IMG/VR virus record: IMGVR_UViG_3300001865_000266
Coordinates: 1-43,168 of that record
Reading direction: 5' to 3' (one strand)
Length of the DNA: 43,168 nt
Source: a virus
Part shown: positions 28,549 through 37,292 of the stretch, piece by piece
How positions within the stretch are numbered: position 1 is the first letter of the stretch
How the letters are laid out: every line of letters begins with the position of its first letter
Program-made: the position numbers and the translations under genes
Notes under the pieces: generated by a model
The model's input: only the letters and a program-made list of their open reading frames with translations
Told to the model about the DNA's origin: nothing
Databases searched by the model: none

Positions 28549-29010
28549 TCATCTACCCCGTGTCATTTCCAAATATTTCCGTTGAGTTAAACTTTTATCT
28601 TTTCTGGTTTTAGGTTTTTGCTGATATTCCCTTTCAAATAATTTAGATGAACCATGAGAACTGATATCATACTTTGGAATTTGGAACCCAACTACTGGCA
28701 CCTCATGTCCACCCATCTGATAAGTTAAGCTCATGTTGTGTTTCAGTATGTCCATATTCACCTGCGACACATTATTTATAACAGGCATTATTTGATCCCA
28801 TACTTTCTGCCAAAGTTTATTTAATTTAATAGAAAGTTCTTCCGTTCTTCTGATCTGTTCCATTTCAATATCTGAAATTGTGTAACCCATCGAAGCCCAT
28901 GCACTTACACTAAAAACATAAGTTCCAAACTCAGTTGAAATCTTACCTTCCAACGCATATAAACCCTTTAAATCCTGTTCTATATGTTTATATTGGCACG
29001 TTTTAATCAC
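28549..29010 (-). CDS. Hypothetical protein
   Basis: GTG start after GGTGA SD; 153 aa. Confidence 0.6.
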   Translation of the reverse strand: MIKTCQYKHIEQDLKGLYALEGKISTEFGTYVFSVSAWASMGYTISDIEMEQIRRTEELSIKLNKLWQKVWDQIMPVINNVSQVNMDILKHNMSLTYQMGGHEVPVVGFQIPKYDISSHGSSKLFEREYQQKPKTRKDKSLTQRKYLEMTRGR

Positions 29011-29314
29011 CTTTTATTTTCATATATCCTATTAATTGGGGCTTTGGATCTGGAAATTCTGGTTTAATGTCTATTGTTGGTTTAAAATATTCACGGGCCT
29101 CTTCAATGTCTTCCATTGGATTTGCATTATTCCAACTAGTAGGCCCAGAACATGGTCCTATATGTGCAGTGGGTTGATTTAAGTTGTTAATATCAAATTC
29201 TAGTAATTGGTCATAAATTTCTTTTAATTCTGCTTCTTCATAACCAACATTGCCAAAAAATAATCTACCCATAGTCTCATTGGCGAACTCTTCAAATGAT
29301 TCTTTAACCTTCAT
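29003..29314 (-). CDS. Hypothetical protein
   Basis: GGTGA SD, TAAATG coupling. Confidence 0.65.
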   Translation of the reverse strand: MKVKESFEEFANETMGRLFFGNVGYEEAELKEIYDQLLEFDINNLNQPTAHIGPCSGPTSWNNANPMEDIEEAREYFKPTIDIKPEFPDPKPQLIGYMKIKGD

Positions 29315-29761
29315 TTAATCACCATTTATAACTTTAAGGGCTTCTCGATATTTATTAATCAGTCTATTCCTAGTTTTAGTGTCTAAATTTCTCATTCTTT
29401 TAGGTGATACGTTATGTCTTATATCCGCCTTCTTTACGACTTTGGCTATTGGATTCTGCTTTAAACGGTTCCAATATTCCAAATTTGTTTCATAAGGCCT
29501 ATGTGTCATTCCATCCACAGCCTCAACTATTTCAGTTGAAAACCCCCACTTAAATAAAAATTCTAAAGTTATATCTGAATCCTCTACAACATCATGTAAA
29601 ATTGCTACGGTTTTCTCTTCAATAGTTTCAACTAAATTCATAACAGCCAAAGGATGTAAAATATACGGCAATCCTGCTTTATCTTTTTGATTTGTATGTG
29701 CAATTATTGCAATTTCTAAAGCATTTTCTATTGGATTTATCATAACCTCTTGACATTTCAT
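29315..29761 (-). CDS. HD-domain hydrolase, Mesh1/SpoT-HD-like
   Basis: AHTNQKDKAGLPYILHP...AILHDVVED...VKKADIRHN. Confidence 0.85.
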   Translation of the reverse strand: MKCQEVMINPIENALEIAIIAHTNQKDKAGLPYILHPLAVMNLVETIEEKTVAILHDVVEDSDITLEFLFKWGFSTEIVEAVDGMTHRPYETNLEYWNRLKQNPIAKVVKKADIRHNVSPKRMRNLDTKTRNRLINKYREALKVINGD

Positions 29762-29919
29762 TCCAAAATCACCTTTCTATAAGTTTTTGCAGTATTATCG
29801 GTTGCATAATGTTCAGGATCCTCAAGACATCGGAACTGTTTTCTTTTCTTCGGCCCGAACTGTTTCATCCTACCTCCACATTGGGGACAGAATACGCCTT
29901 CAGATTCTAATTCAATCAT
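29758..29919 (-). CDS. 53-aa Zn-ribbon-like protein (not in track)
   Basis: GAGGAGG SD; CPQCGG...FRC...H; ATGA coupling. Confidence 0.6.
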   Translation of the reverse strand: MIELESEGVFCPQCGGRMKQFGPKKRKQFRCLEDPEHYATDNTAKTYRKVILE

Positions 29920-30154
29920 GATATCCTCCTCTTCTTTTATTACTCCATTGGATTATACCATAAGCACTAATTGCAAGGTATAAGAGAAATATAAAAGTTA
30001 CTGGGTAGTTTTGGGATAATAAACCATATAAAATAAAAAATATGTTACTTCCAATCCAGATATACAACCCTCGAATATTACACCTTGAATTGAGTACAGC
30101 CCCATAGATCCCTAATAAAGTGGCAGCACCATAAAAGATAATTGTTAAATCCAC
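29912..30154 (-). CDS. Three-helix membrane protein resembling half of a PnuC-type transporter
   Basis: LYIWIGSNIFFILYG...YLAISAYGIIQW pattern. Confidence 0.5.
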   Translation of the reverse strand: MDLTIIFYGAATLLGIYGAVLNSRCNIRGLYIWIGSNIFFILYGLLSQNYPVTFIFLLYLAISAYGIIQWSNKRRGGYHD

Positions 30155-30155
30155 T

Positions 30156-31508
30156 TTAATCCACTTCCTTTAATTTGATATGGATTTCATTAGTTGCAGG
30201 TTCTATTGTTATCTTCTCTGAATGTGGATATAATGTCGGTAAAAGTTCTTTGATACGATACTCTGGAGTTTTGATTGGATCATCTATTACTAAATATTTG
30301 ACTGGTTTTCTATTTTCTTCTGCTATTTCCCCTGCTAATTTGTCAACATCAACTTTAGATCTTGCAAGATCCCATGCCCTCCTCATTGCATCAACTGCAA
30401 GATCACCCGGTTTAACTTCATCTTCATTTTCAGGATCCAATATAACCTTTCCTTCCTGCATAGAATTAACAATTCCTTCATCCATTACTCTCTGTTTTAC
30501 TGCTAACTCTCTTTTATATGCTTCCTGTTTATTCTGTTCGTACTCTTCTGCTTCGTTTATCTTAAGTTTCGGTTTCACAACTTTTGAGTTGGGCAAGTCA
30601 GGTTTTACTTCTGGACTGTTTTTAGGGTTTGATTTAATCAATCCATTACCTTCTAATTTCTCAATAGCACTTTCGGACATTTTAATAGATTTGCATTCTT
30701 TTAATGGTAATGAATAATAATTAGTACGGCCCTTTTTATTGCAGTTTAATAGTCCTTCTTTTGTTAGAATATTGCTGTATGTACTTGTATTTGCAGTTGA
30801 TTTCTTCAAGAATTTTGCTAGACTTTTTGTTGACATCTTCTTATTTTTGGTAAGTACAGCTTCAATTTTAGGCCATAAATCCAACGCTCTTGTTTTATCC
30901 AGTTTATACTTTCTTTCAATAATGCAATTTTTACACATGTTGCCCTGATCTTTATAGAAATTCTTAGGATCTGATTCTCCACATTTACTGCAACATGTTT
31001 TATTTCCCTTTCGCTCATTTATTTTGGCTTCTCTATTCTTTTGAACCTCCACATCACAGGCCCTGCAAATATCTTTAAACCCTCCAGGTTTTCCTGCAAT
31101 TGGTACAAAACTCTTTAATGGTTTACGTTCTCCACAAATTACACATTCCTTAGTTTTAACCATATCGATATTAACCTCTGATTCTACCTTGCTTTTACTT
31201 TTAATAGTCTCATCCTCCTCTTCAAACTTTGAAAGTCCTTGAAGTAAACCAGGACTTTTACTTTTCCCGATAATTATTGCGGGTTGCTTTTGATTAACCT
31301 GTTTCATCTCACAGCTCGGACATATTGCCATAGGTCTTGCCGTAACTGGATCTAAACTAAACTCTTCAATAGGATAAATAACTCCACACTGGTTGCACAT
31401 CTTCTTTTGAATTATTTTTACCTCTTTCTCTTGAACCCTGTGAGGCCTATTATTAGTCCGTTCCTTATAACTCTCAAAAGATTCAAAACTGGGTAAATCT
31501 GAAGTCAA
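30156..31508 (-). CDS. Multi-Zn-finger plus winged-helix protein
   Basis: Three CxxC...CxxC fingers; STKSLAKFLKKSTANTSTYSNILTKEGLL...GRTNYYSL wHTH. Confidence 0.7.
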   Translation of the reverse strand: MTSDLPSFESFESYKERTNNRPHRVQEKEVKIIQKKMCNQCGVIYPIEEFSLDPVTARPMAICPSCEMKQVNQKQPAIIIGKSKSPGLLQGLSKFEEEDETIKSKSKVESEVNIDMVKTKECVICGERKPLKSFVPIAGKPGGFKDICRACDVEVQKNREAKINERKGNKTCCSKCGESDPKNFYKDQGNMCKNCIIERKYKLDKTRALDLWPKIEAVLTKNKKMSTKSLAKFLKKSTANTSTYSNILTKEGLLNCNKKGRTNYYSLPLKECKSIKMSESAIEKLEGNGLIKSNPKNSPEVKPDLPNSKVVKPKLKINEAEEYEQNKQEAYKRELAVKQRVMDEGIVNSMQEGKVILDPENEDEVKPGDLAVDAMRRAWDLARSKVDVDKLAGEIAEENRKPVKYLVIDDPIKTPEYRIKELLPTLYPHSEKITIEPATNEIHIKLKEVD

Positions 31509-31573
31509 AAAATCGCCTCCGATTAAATTAAAATAAGAATTACAAAATTAAGTTAAAAGTAAAAATAGAAATT

Positions 31574-31957
31574 TTAACTATTCCAAAAATCAACACCCCA
31601 ACTACAAGCAATGTGGGTCATCCAATAAATATCGCCACAATAATGATCGGCCCAATAATCAAGGTCTAAATCATAATCAAATATTGCCCATTCCATTTGC
31701 TCAGTTGAGATTAAACTATGTGTTTTTGCATATTCAACTCCATTTACAAATGCTAAATAATTTAGATGGTTTTCTCTGCATTCCTTTTTTAAATAAATTT
31801 TATCAAAGGTTACAACTTCCCACATACCTAACTCATATTTTATTATTGTGGGTTTATTGTGAAAATAGAGTTGAATATGAAAATCTCTTGTAGTATGTGT
31901 TGCAGGTTTATATTTATCATATAATGCATTGAAAAGATGTACTTCATGATTACTCAT
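31574..31957 (-). CDS. Hypothetical protein
   Basis: Start moved to ATG 31957 (GGAAGTGA SD). Confidence 0.55.
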   Translation of the reverse strand: MSNHEVHLFNALYDKYKPATHTTRDFHIQLYFHNKPTIIKYELGMWEVVTFDKIYLKKECRENHLNYLAFVNGVEYAKTHSLISTEQMEWAIFDYDLDLDYWADHYCGDIYWMTHIACSWGVDFWNS

Positions 31958-32035
31958 CAATATCACTTCCTTGATATGGTTCAGCTTCAAATGAATTCCA
32001 CTCAGGACCAAAACAGTTTACCCATGAACTCCACA

Positions 32036-32191
32036 TTATACCACAACCTCCACATGTTCCAATCCACAAAAATCACATCGTACCCATTCATGAATTTCAA
32101 GTGGTGGATCTTCACTTGGATTGAAAATCATTCCTTTACCAGTTCTTTCATTCCAGGGGAGCATGCAATATGGACAGGGTTGTTTTTTCAT
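32036..32191 (-). CDS. 51-aa Zn-finger protein (not in track)
   Basis: CPYC...CDFC. Confidence 0.55.
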   Translation of the reverse strand: MKKQPCPYCMLPWNERTGKGMIFNPSEDPPLEIHEWVRCDFCGLEHVEVVV

Positions 32192-32301
32192 TTTATCCCC
32201 TTGTTGAACGTTTTATAAAAACAGTACATAATCGATTTGTTAAGATGCTTTGGAGTCCAGTAGATATGTGTCAGTTTTTTAAAGTTGATGTGGGCTTTCA
32301 T

Positions 32302-32808
32302 TCAACCCAACTCCTGATGATCCATTTGAGTTTGTGTTAAGGATTCTTCTAAACTGGTTACTGGAAAAAACTGTAATTTATCATATTTAGTGTAAAAATA
32401 AAGAGTAGTGTTATGATTTTTCCCCATGATTAATTGAATAATTTCTGGACAATTTAATTCTCCACTAGCAAGTCTCATCATTTCATCGTCATCGATTATA
32501 CTTGGTTGAGGTGAATTGTTTGGGTGTGTATGGAATGCACCTACTACTCTCAATCCTAAGTCATGTTTTTCATCCCAAATTTGTTTATCCATCTTATCAA
32601 ATTCAAAATTAGTATAAGGTTTTTTATGTACATTAGGTAAAAATATAGCTTCTTCAATTATTGCTGTACTCATATCTGTGGAGTATGTTCCAAAAAGCCA
32701 ACCTCCTACTTCAATTAAATTTTTATCATATTTTTCTTGAATTTTATTTAAAATAGATTGATCAATTTCAACATACGTTTTTTGATTTTCTAATTTGAAT
32801 TTCATCAT
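32302..32808 (-). CDS. JAB/MPN+ (JAMM) metalloprotease
   Basis: EVGGWLFG and HTHPNNSPQPSIID (HxHx7SxxD); start ATG 32808. Confidence 0.85.
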   Translation of the reverse strand: MMKFKLENQKTYVEIDQSILNKIQEKYDKNLIEVGGWLFGTYSTDMSTAIIEEAIFLPNVHKKPYTNFEFDKMDKQIWDEKHDLGLRVVGAFHTHPNNSPQPSIIDDDEMMRLASGELNCPEIIQLIMGKNHNTTLYFYTKYDKLQFFPVTSLEESLTQTQMDHQELG

Positions 32809-32948
32809 CCCAACTCCTTCCCATCTAATATCCAATCTAAAACAGCTATCTGTCCTTTAAGTATTCTTAATTGTGTCCAATCCGATTCCTTGGGAACTTG
32901 TTTTCTGAGTTCTGTTCTCATCCGTTTGATTGTACGGATTTGTTTCAT
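32805..32948 (-). CDS. 47-aa hypothetical protein (not in track)
   Basis: GGAGG SD, overlap-coupled on both sides. Confidence 0.55.
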   Translation of the reverse strand: MKQIRTIKRMRTELRKQVPKESDWTQLRILKGQIAVLDWILDGKELG

Positions 32949-33709
32949 TTAGAAACCTCCATAAAACTATCCAATGTAACAACCTTCTCAACAGCCTTTT
33001 CAGTTGGTGGAACTGTTATTGGAACTTTATAAGTGTATAATTCTGATATCTGAGCTTTCCGAACGTGTGGTAATGGAATACCTTGATTTAAATATTCATT
33101 AACCTTCCAAGCTCCATAGATCTCTAATGATAAACTGTTCATCCAAATAACTTCACCAACAACACCATGCAAAATAAAATTAGCAATAGTCATTTTAACA
33201 CAGGTTTCATCTAAATCCATGGCTACATGATAGTTACCTGGGGCTTCAACATGTAAGGCTAATAAACATCTTCCAGATCCACAGGTAGGATCATTGAAAT
33301 GTTCTCCAGTGGGTCTTTTATCGGTTGGAAACTGTACCTTAGCCATGAAATCACAGATGTGCTTTGGAGTGAAAAACTGGCCTTGATACTTCCTACTCAT
33401 TTTAGACACGATAACGGCCTCGTAGTAAACACCAAACATATCGTACCAATCATTATCATTAACCAGTTGTTTATCCATTATTCGTATCCATTCTTGGTAT
33501 AACTCCCAGAACAGCTTAATCTCATCCTTTGAATACTTTTTAGACCATTTTAAACTATCATCTAAATTGTGGTACAATAAAATATACTCAAGAAAATCAT
33601 CAAAAATAACAGACCAATCATAAGAATAAGCTAATTTAGAAAAAATAGAATGAAAACCCTTCAATTCAGAAGGTACATTAACCTCCAAAATATCATGCCT
33701 CCTATTCAC
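32945..33709 (-). CDS. N6-DNA methylase-like protein lacking the NPPY/F catalytic motif
   Basis: GQFFTPKHI, DPTCGSGRCLL (motif I), DLDETCVKM...N; no NPP(Y/F). Confidence 0.75.
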   Translation of the reverse strand: MNRRHDILEVNVPSELKGFHSIFSKLAYSYDWSVIFDDFLEYILLYHNLDDSLKWSKKYSKDEIKLFWELYQEWIRIMDKQLVNDNDWYDMFGVYYEAVIVSKMSRKYQGQFFTPKHICDFMAKVQFPTDKRPTGEHFNDPTCGSGRCLLALHVEAPGNYHVAMDLDETCVKMTIANFILHGVVGEVIWMNSLSLEIYGAWKVNEYLNQGIPLPHVRKAQISELYTYKVPITVPPTEKAVEKVVTLDSFMEVSK

Positions 33710-34115
33710 AGCAAGGTTTAATAAACGTGTCTAAAGATGTCTGAGCTAAAAGTAAATCATTAATTTTTGTGGATTGTTTGGAGTTATAATAAATATCTTC
33801 AAGTAATCTAACACCATAGCTACTTTTACCATGTTCATCAGGGCCACATACTGGACATATCCAACCTTTATTTGAACCTAATACTCCAATATGTACAATG
33901 TCTTGTGTTTTACAATTATCACATTCCACTTTCTGATGTTGTGGAATTATATGATGTTCTATTTCTGTTATCATGATATTTCCATCACAAATCAGACAGG
34001 CCAGGTTAGTGTCTCCTAATTTGTATTGATTAAAATCGCTGAGAGTTTCTTGAGTATTCTCACAATCCTCACAAACTAAAGTAATTTCATCGTATTTATG
34101 AGAATAGTTAGGCAT
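33702..34115 (-). CDS. Multi-CxxC Zn-binding protein
   Basis: CEDC, CLIC, CDNC, CPVC. Confidence 0.65.
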   Translation of the reverse strand: MPNYSHKYDEITLVCEDCENTQETLSDFNQYKLGDTNLACLICDGNIMITEIEHHIIPQHQKVECDNCKTQDIVHIGVLGSNKGWICPVCGPDEHGKSSYGVRLLEDIYYNSKQSTKINDLLLAQTSLDTFIKPCCE

Positions 34116-34241
34116 TTAATCAGCTCGTTTATCATCAACACTTTCATGAACAAATCGATCATCCTGGCACTGTAAACACGGCCCTTTAAAACGATTCCTC
34201 CACTGGCAATAAGGTTGATCACAGGCTGAGTTTGTAGTCAT
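34116..34241 (-). CDS. 41-aa Cys-containing peptide (not in track)
   Basis: GGTGA SD; CDQPYC...CLQC; fills the gap between coupled genes. Confidence 0.5.
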   Translation of the reverse strand: MTTNSACDQPYCQWRNRFKGPCLQCQDDRFVHESVDDKRAD

Positions 34242-34538
34242 TTAATCACCTATAATTTTTTGACGATTGGTGATATGTCTCCATAATCCCCCAATTTTAT
34301 TGATACGTGTAACTTTTACCGTGTCCTGTTCTGTAATTTGTATTTCCTTGATTTTACGTACCTGTACCAACTTATAATAATAATCAAACCACAAATGAAC
34401 CATTAAATAAATTCTTTCTTCATTTTCAGACTTGTTGATATAATATTCTTTTCCATTATGACTTCCATGGCCGCGTCCATCTGGTGATGTATATCGTTGC
34501 CATCCTGGAACTGATAAAATCCAACTAAAACCTTTCAT
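34242..34538 (-). CDS. Hypothetical protein
   Basis: GGTGA SD, coupled ORF. Confidence 0.6.
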   Translation of the reverse strand: MKGFSWILSVPGWQRYTSPDGRGHGSHNGKEYYINKSENEERIYLMVHLWFDYYYKLVQVRKIKEIQITEQDTVKVTRINKIGGLWRHITNRQKIIGD

Positions 34539-34897
34539 CTAATCACCTTCAAAGTAGTGATTCCATCCATGTTTAAATCAAGATTTAAGAGGTCATTAAG
34601 ACGTTTTAGAATATAAAAAGAATGGTTAAATGTTTGTTGTGGAGTATCGTCACTAGTATGGTTTAAAACATGTAAATCATTATCAAGTCTTTTAACCTGC
34701 ATTCCACGTAAACTAAAAACCTTCCTAATCACATCTTCAATTTCCCTTCTAGAATTATCCTTAACATTATCAAATACATTCAAAATTTTACATTCATAAA
34801 ACACCATATCCCTAAAATCACTCTCAAAAGAACCTAGATATTCAATTAACAATAGATCCCCTCCAAAAAAAGAAAAATTAATCTGGCACATAACCAT
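34535..34897 (-). CDS. Hypothetical protein
   Basis: Coupled ORF; exact start uncertain. Confidence 0.5.
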   Translation of the reverse strand: MVMCQINFSFFGGDLLLIEYLGSFESDFRDMVFYECKILNVFDNVKDNSRREIEDVIRKVFSLRGMQVKRLDNDLHVLNHTSDDTPQQTFNHSFYILKRLNDLLNLDLNMDGITTLKVIR

Positions 34898-35255
34898 GCT
34901 TAGTTAAAACCAGATACTCATCGAACTTTTCAAGCTGTTTAACCGTTTTAACAAGTTTATAATTCTTGTAATACTTTGTAGTCAAGAAATAGTTATGCCT
35001 CAAAGTTAAATGCTTACCCCTGATAGATTTAACATAACCCTTATCATGCACACTGAAAATATACCCTTTCCCATTCTTTACTTCTGTTAAAACAGATGTC
35101 GATTCAAATGCTAACTTGTTTATATACAGATTTTTGTAGTGTGTCTCCTTCGAGTAGGTGTAACTATCACCATTTTTCACAGCACTTCCACTGCCCACAA
35201 CAGACAATGCAAAAACAAATACTAACAATACTGCAACTACACTTTTAACTCTCAT
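34878..35255 (-). CDS. Secreted/surface basic protein
   Basis: Signal peptide MRVKSVVAVLLVFVFALSVVGSGSA; K/Y-rich. Confidence 0.7.
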   Translation of the reverse strand: MRVKSVVAVLLVFVFALSVVGSGSAVKNGDSYTYSKETHYKNLYINKLAFESTSVLTEVKNGKGYIFSVHDKGYVKSIRGKHLTLRHNYFLTTKYYKNYKLVKTVKQLEKFDEYLVLTKHGYVPD

Positions 35256-35287
35256 ATAACCAACTCCTTTCTTGTATACTCAACGCT

Positions 35288-35455
35288 CTAAAATCCTATT
35301 GCTAAAGTTTCCATTGATTCCTGACAATTTCTACAGATATGTTTGGTATCTATTTGTTCACTTTCAGGGGTCTCTTGTTCGTAAATTGGAACTTCATAAA
35401 CTTCATCAGTATCATTAAAAGGTTTTAGACAAAGATCACACTGTTCTGGTTTCAA
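35288..35455 (-). CDS. 55-aa Zn-finger protein (not in track)
   Basis: TTG after GAGGGGG; CDLC...CRNC. Confidence 0.55.
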   Translation of the reverse strand: MKPEQCDLCLKPFNDTDEVYEVPIYEQETPESEQIDTKHICRNCQESMETLAIGF

Positions 35456-35456
35456 A

Positions 35457-35618
35457 TCAATTCCCCCTCAACTCTTCCATTTCACTTATCTGATCCTCAA
35501 GTATCTTCTTTTCCTGTCTCAATTTCGCATCATTAGGATACAACTTAAGACGTGTATTAACGTTTTTAAGTCTTTGACTCGCATCGATCCAAGTTGTGGT
35601 TGCTTCTAATTTGTTCAT
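35457..35618 (-). CDS. 53-aa coiled-coil peptide (not in track)
   Basis: ATGA coupling; MNKLEATTTWIDASQRL...EELRGN. Confidence 0.5.
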   Translation of the reverse strand: MNKLEATTTWIDASQRLKNVNTRLKLYPNDAKLRQEKKILEDQISEMEELRGN

Positions 35619-35932
35619 TTGCTCACCATGGCCTGTTTAGTATCTACTTTAAAGGTGGCTTGTGGACCTTTAACGTTCCTTAATTTTGCAATATAAAATA
35701 AAGCTGCATAACAATGTTTACAAAGAAAACTGCCATTTTTACTGTTTCCTTCACGTTGAAATCTGAATTCATAATCCTCACAAGTATTGCACCTGGCCAC
35801 CCCATCAACTATAGAAACAAGATAATCTGTAGGGCCACTTGTGACCTGGACCTGGATCTCTTCATCATCCTCAAAAATTAACGAACACTTACCTTGATGA
35901 TACAACCTATAACCTGCATCTAAACGCTTCAT
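35615..35932 (-). CDS. SWIM Zn-finger protein
   Basis: YLVSI...ARCNTCEDYEFR...LCKHCYAAL. Confidence 0.8.
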   Translation of the reverse strand: MKRLDAGYRLYHQGKCSLIFEDDEEIQVQVTSGPTDYLVSIVDGVARCNTCEDYEFRFQREGNSKNGSFLCKHCYAALFYIAKLRNVKGPQATFKVDTKQAMVSK

Positions 35933-36264
35933 GATTTGTTCTCCATGTCCACATGGATGTGGCTTTGTTTAACTAAAGATTCTTGATGTTTAATCTCCAA
36001 TACATTGATTAATCGACGTATCTCATCAGGACTCATTGCAGTATTTATAATTCGTTCAATTTGTTGTTCTAAATTTTCAAGTGCCTTTGTATATCCATAT
36101 ATCCCAATATCACACTCTTCATAAAGCTCATCAATCCAATGTGCTGCCTTATCATAATCTCCATTTCGATTAAAATTTTTCTCCCAAATATGTCTAAGAA
36201 CTGATTTAATTTGACCAAATTCTTCTTGATTTAAATCATTTATTCTGATAACTAAACATCTCAA
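35929..36264 (-). CDS. Hypothetical protein
   Basis: TTG 36264 after GGAGG SD. Confidence 0.55.
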   Translation of the reverse strand: MRCLVIRINDLNQEEFGQIKSVLRHIWEKNFNRNGDYDKAAHWIDELYEECDIGIYGYTKALENLEQQIERIINTAMSPDEIRRLINVLEIKHQESLVKQSHIHVDMENKS

Positions 36265-36295
36265 AACAAAACCTCCTAATTTAGACAATAAAAAA

Positions 36296-36387
36296 TGGAC
36301 GACCCTGGAATCGAACCAGGAATTAAATTTACGATTGAATAATTGTCGTTGTGTCTTTTGAGTTTACAAGATAACCCTGTGCCGTCC
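36296..36387 (-). ncRNA. tRNA-mimic RNA 1 (acceptor stem plus T-arm, non-tRNA interior)
   Basis: GGACGGC/GTCGTCC-A acceptor; CCTGG TTCGATT CCAGG T-arm. Confidence 0.65.
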
Positions 36388-36438
36388 TAAAAAAATAGTT
36401 GGGGGGTAGGGGACAGTTTGTGTCAGTCCCTGTGACGA

Positions 36439-36514
36439 AGGCCGTGGTCGGATTTGAACCGGCGATCTGCTGCTCACAAGGCAGCCGCATTAAACCAGAC
36501 TATGCTACACGACC
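36439..36514 (-). tRNA. tRNA-Thr(UGU), atypical (G37, C50:A64), no encoded CCA
   Basis: Cloverleaf GGTCGTG/CACGGCC, D GCAT/ATGC, anticodon arm GCTGC-CTTGTGA-GCAGC, T-loop TTCAAAT. Confidence 0.8.
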
Positions 36515-36594
36515 ACAAATGGATCCGAGGGATCCACCTGCTAACAAAATTTATACAGATTTTCCTGTACGAAGATAACTGCCGTTACAGGTTT

Positions 36595-36707
36595 GAGGGG
36601 ATTGTAGGAGAAAAGATATTTTTGGTAGACATCACCAAATCAAAAAGTTCCCTTATATTCATATAAAATTGGAGGTATTACATGCAAAACCTACAAATCC
36701 TTTCCTC
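36595..36707 (-). ncRNA. Stem-loop RNA with anti-Shine-Dalgarno loop
   Basis: GAGGGGATTGTAGG/CCTACAAATCCTTTCCTC inverted repeat; minus-strand loop contains AATACCTCCAATTTT. Confidence 0.5.
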
Positions 36708-36722
36708 AAAAAAAGTAAAATA

Positions 36723-37292
36723 TTAACCTCTACGATTTAGTTCTTTCTCAATCCTTGGCAGTATCTCAGCGGGTAAAGTTTCCTTATCATCTATATGATA
36801 CTTTTTAGCACGTTCTAAGATTGATTTTACAGTTGGATCTATATGTTCATCCATCAGATCATCAACAATCTGATCAATAAGTCCAGCTGCTTCAACGTCT
36901 GCCAGTGGAGTTGCAGGTTTACTTTCGGCCTTTAACTCTGCATACAGAGGATCATCTTTTGATAATAAAACATGTATTTTGAATTTTTTGAAAGGTTTTT
37001 TCCGAGTGTCTGCCATTTCCTTTACACCTGTGAAAATAATTTGTAAAGGTTTATTCAGCAATCTATCAGTTAACCGGCTGTTTAATCCTGTTGTACCATA
37101 GAATTGAATTTTTCCATTAACAGCTTCAGGATGTTCAGTTTCAAAACAATACTTCCAATTTGGCCTTCCTTTAAATGGTGCTTCCTCTTTTTTAAGATAT
37201 ACTCCTACTAACTCATCACCAATTGTTTCCGGCTCCCATAACCCTGATTTATCAGGAATTGGAACCCATTCTTTATCTTTTGTGTCTATCAT
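36723..37292 (-). CDS. Putative OB-fold ssDNA-binding protein
   Basis: WEPETIGDELVGVY...FYGTTGLNSRL...LQIIFTG pattern; start ATG 37292 after GGAGG. Confidence 0.55.
   Translation of the reverse strand: MIDTKDKEWVPIPDKSGLWEPETIGDELVGVYLKKEEAPFKGRPNWKYCFETEHPEAVNGKIQFYGTTGLNSRLTDRLLNKPLQIIFTGVKEMADTRKKPFKKFKIHVLLSKDDPLYAELKAESKPATPLADVEAAGLIDQIVDDLMDEHIDPTVKSILERAKKYHIDDKETLPAEILPRIEKELNRRG

Noticed and set aside
36439-36514. Reading the tRNA as His(GUG)
   Set aside because: GTG sits at loop positions 35-37, and there is no G-1 or C73
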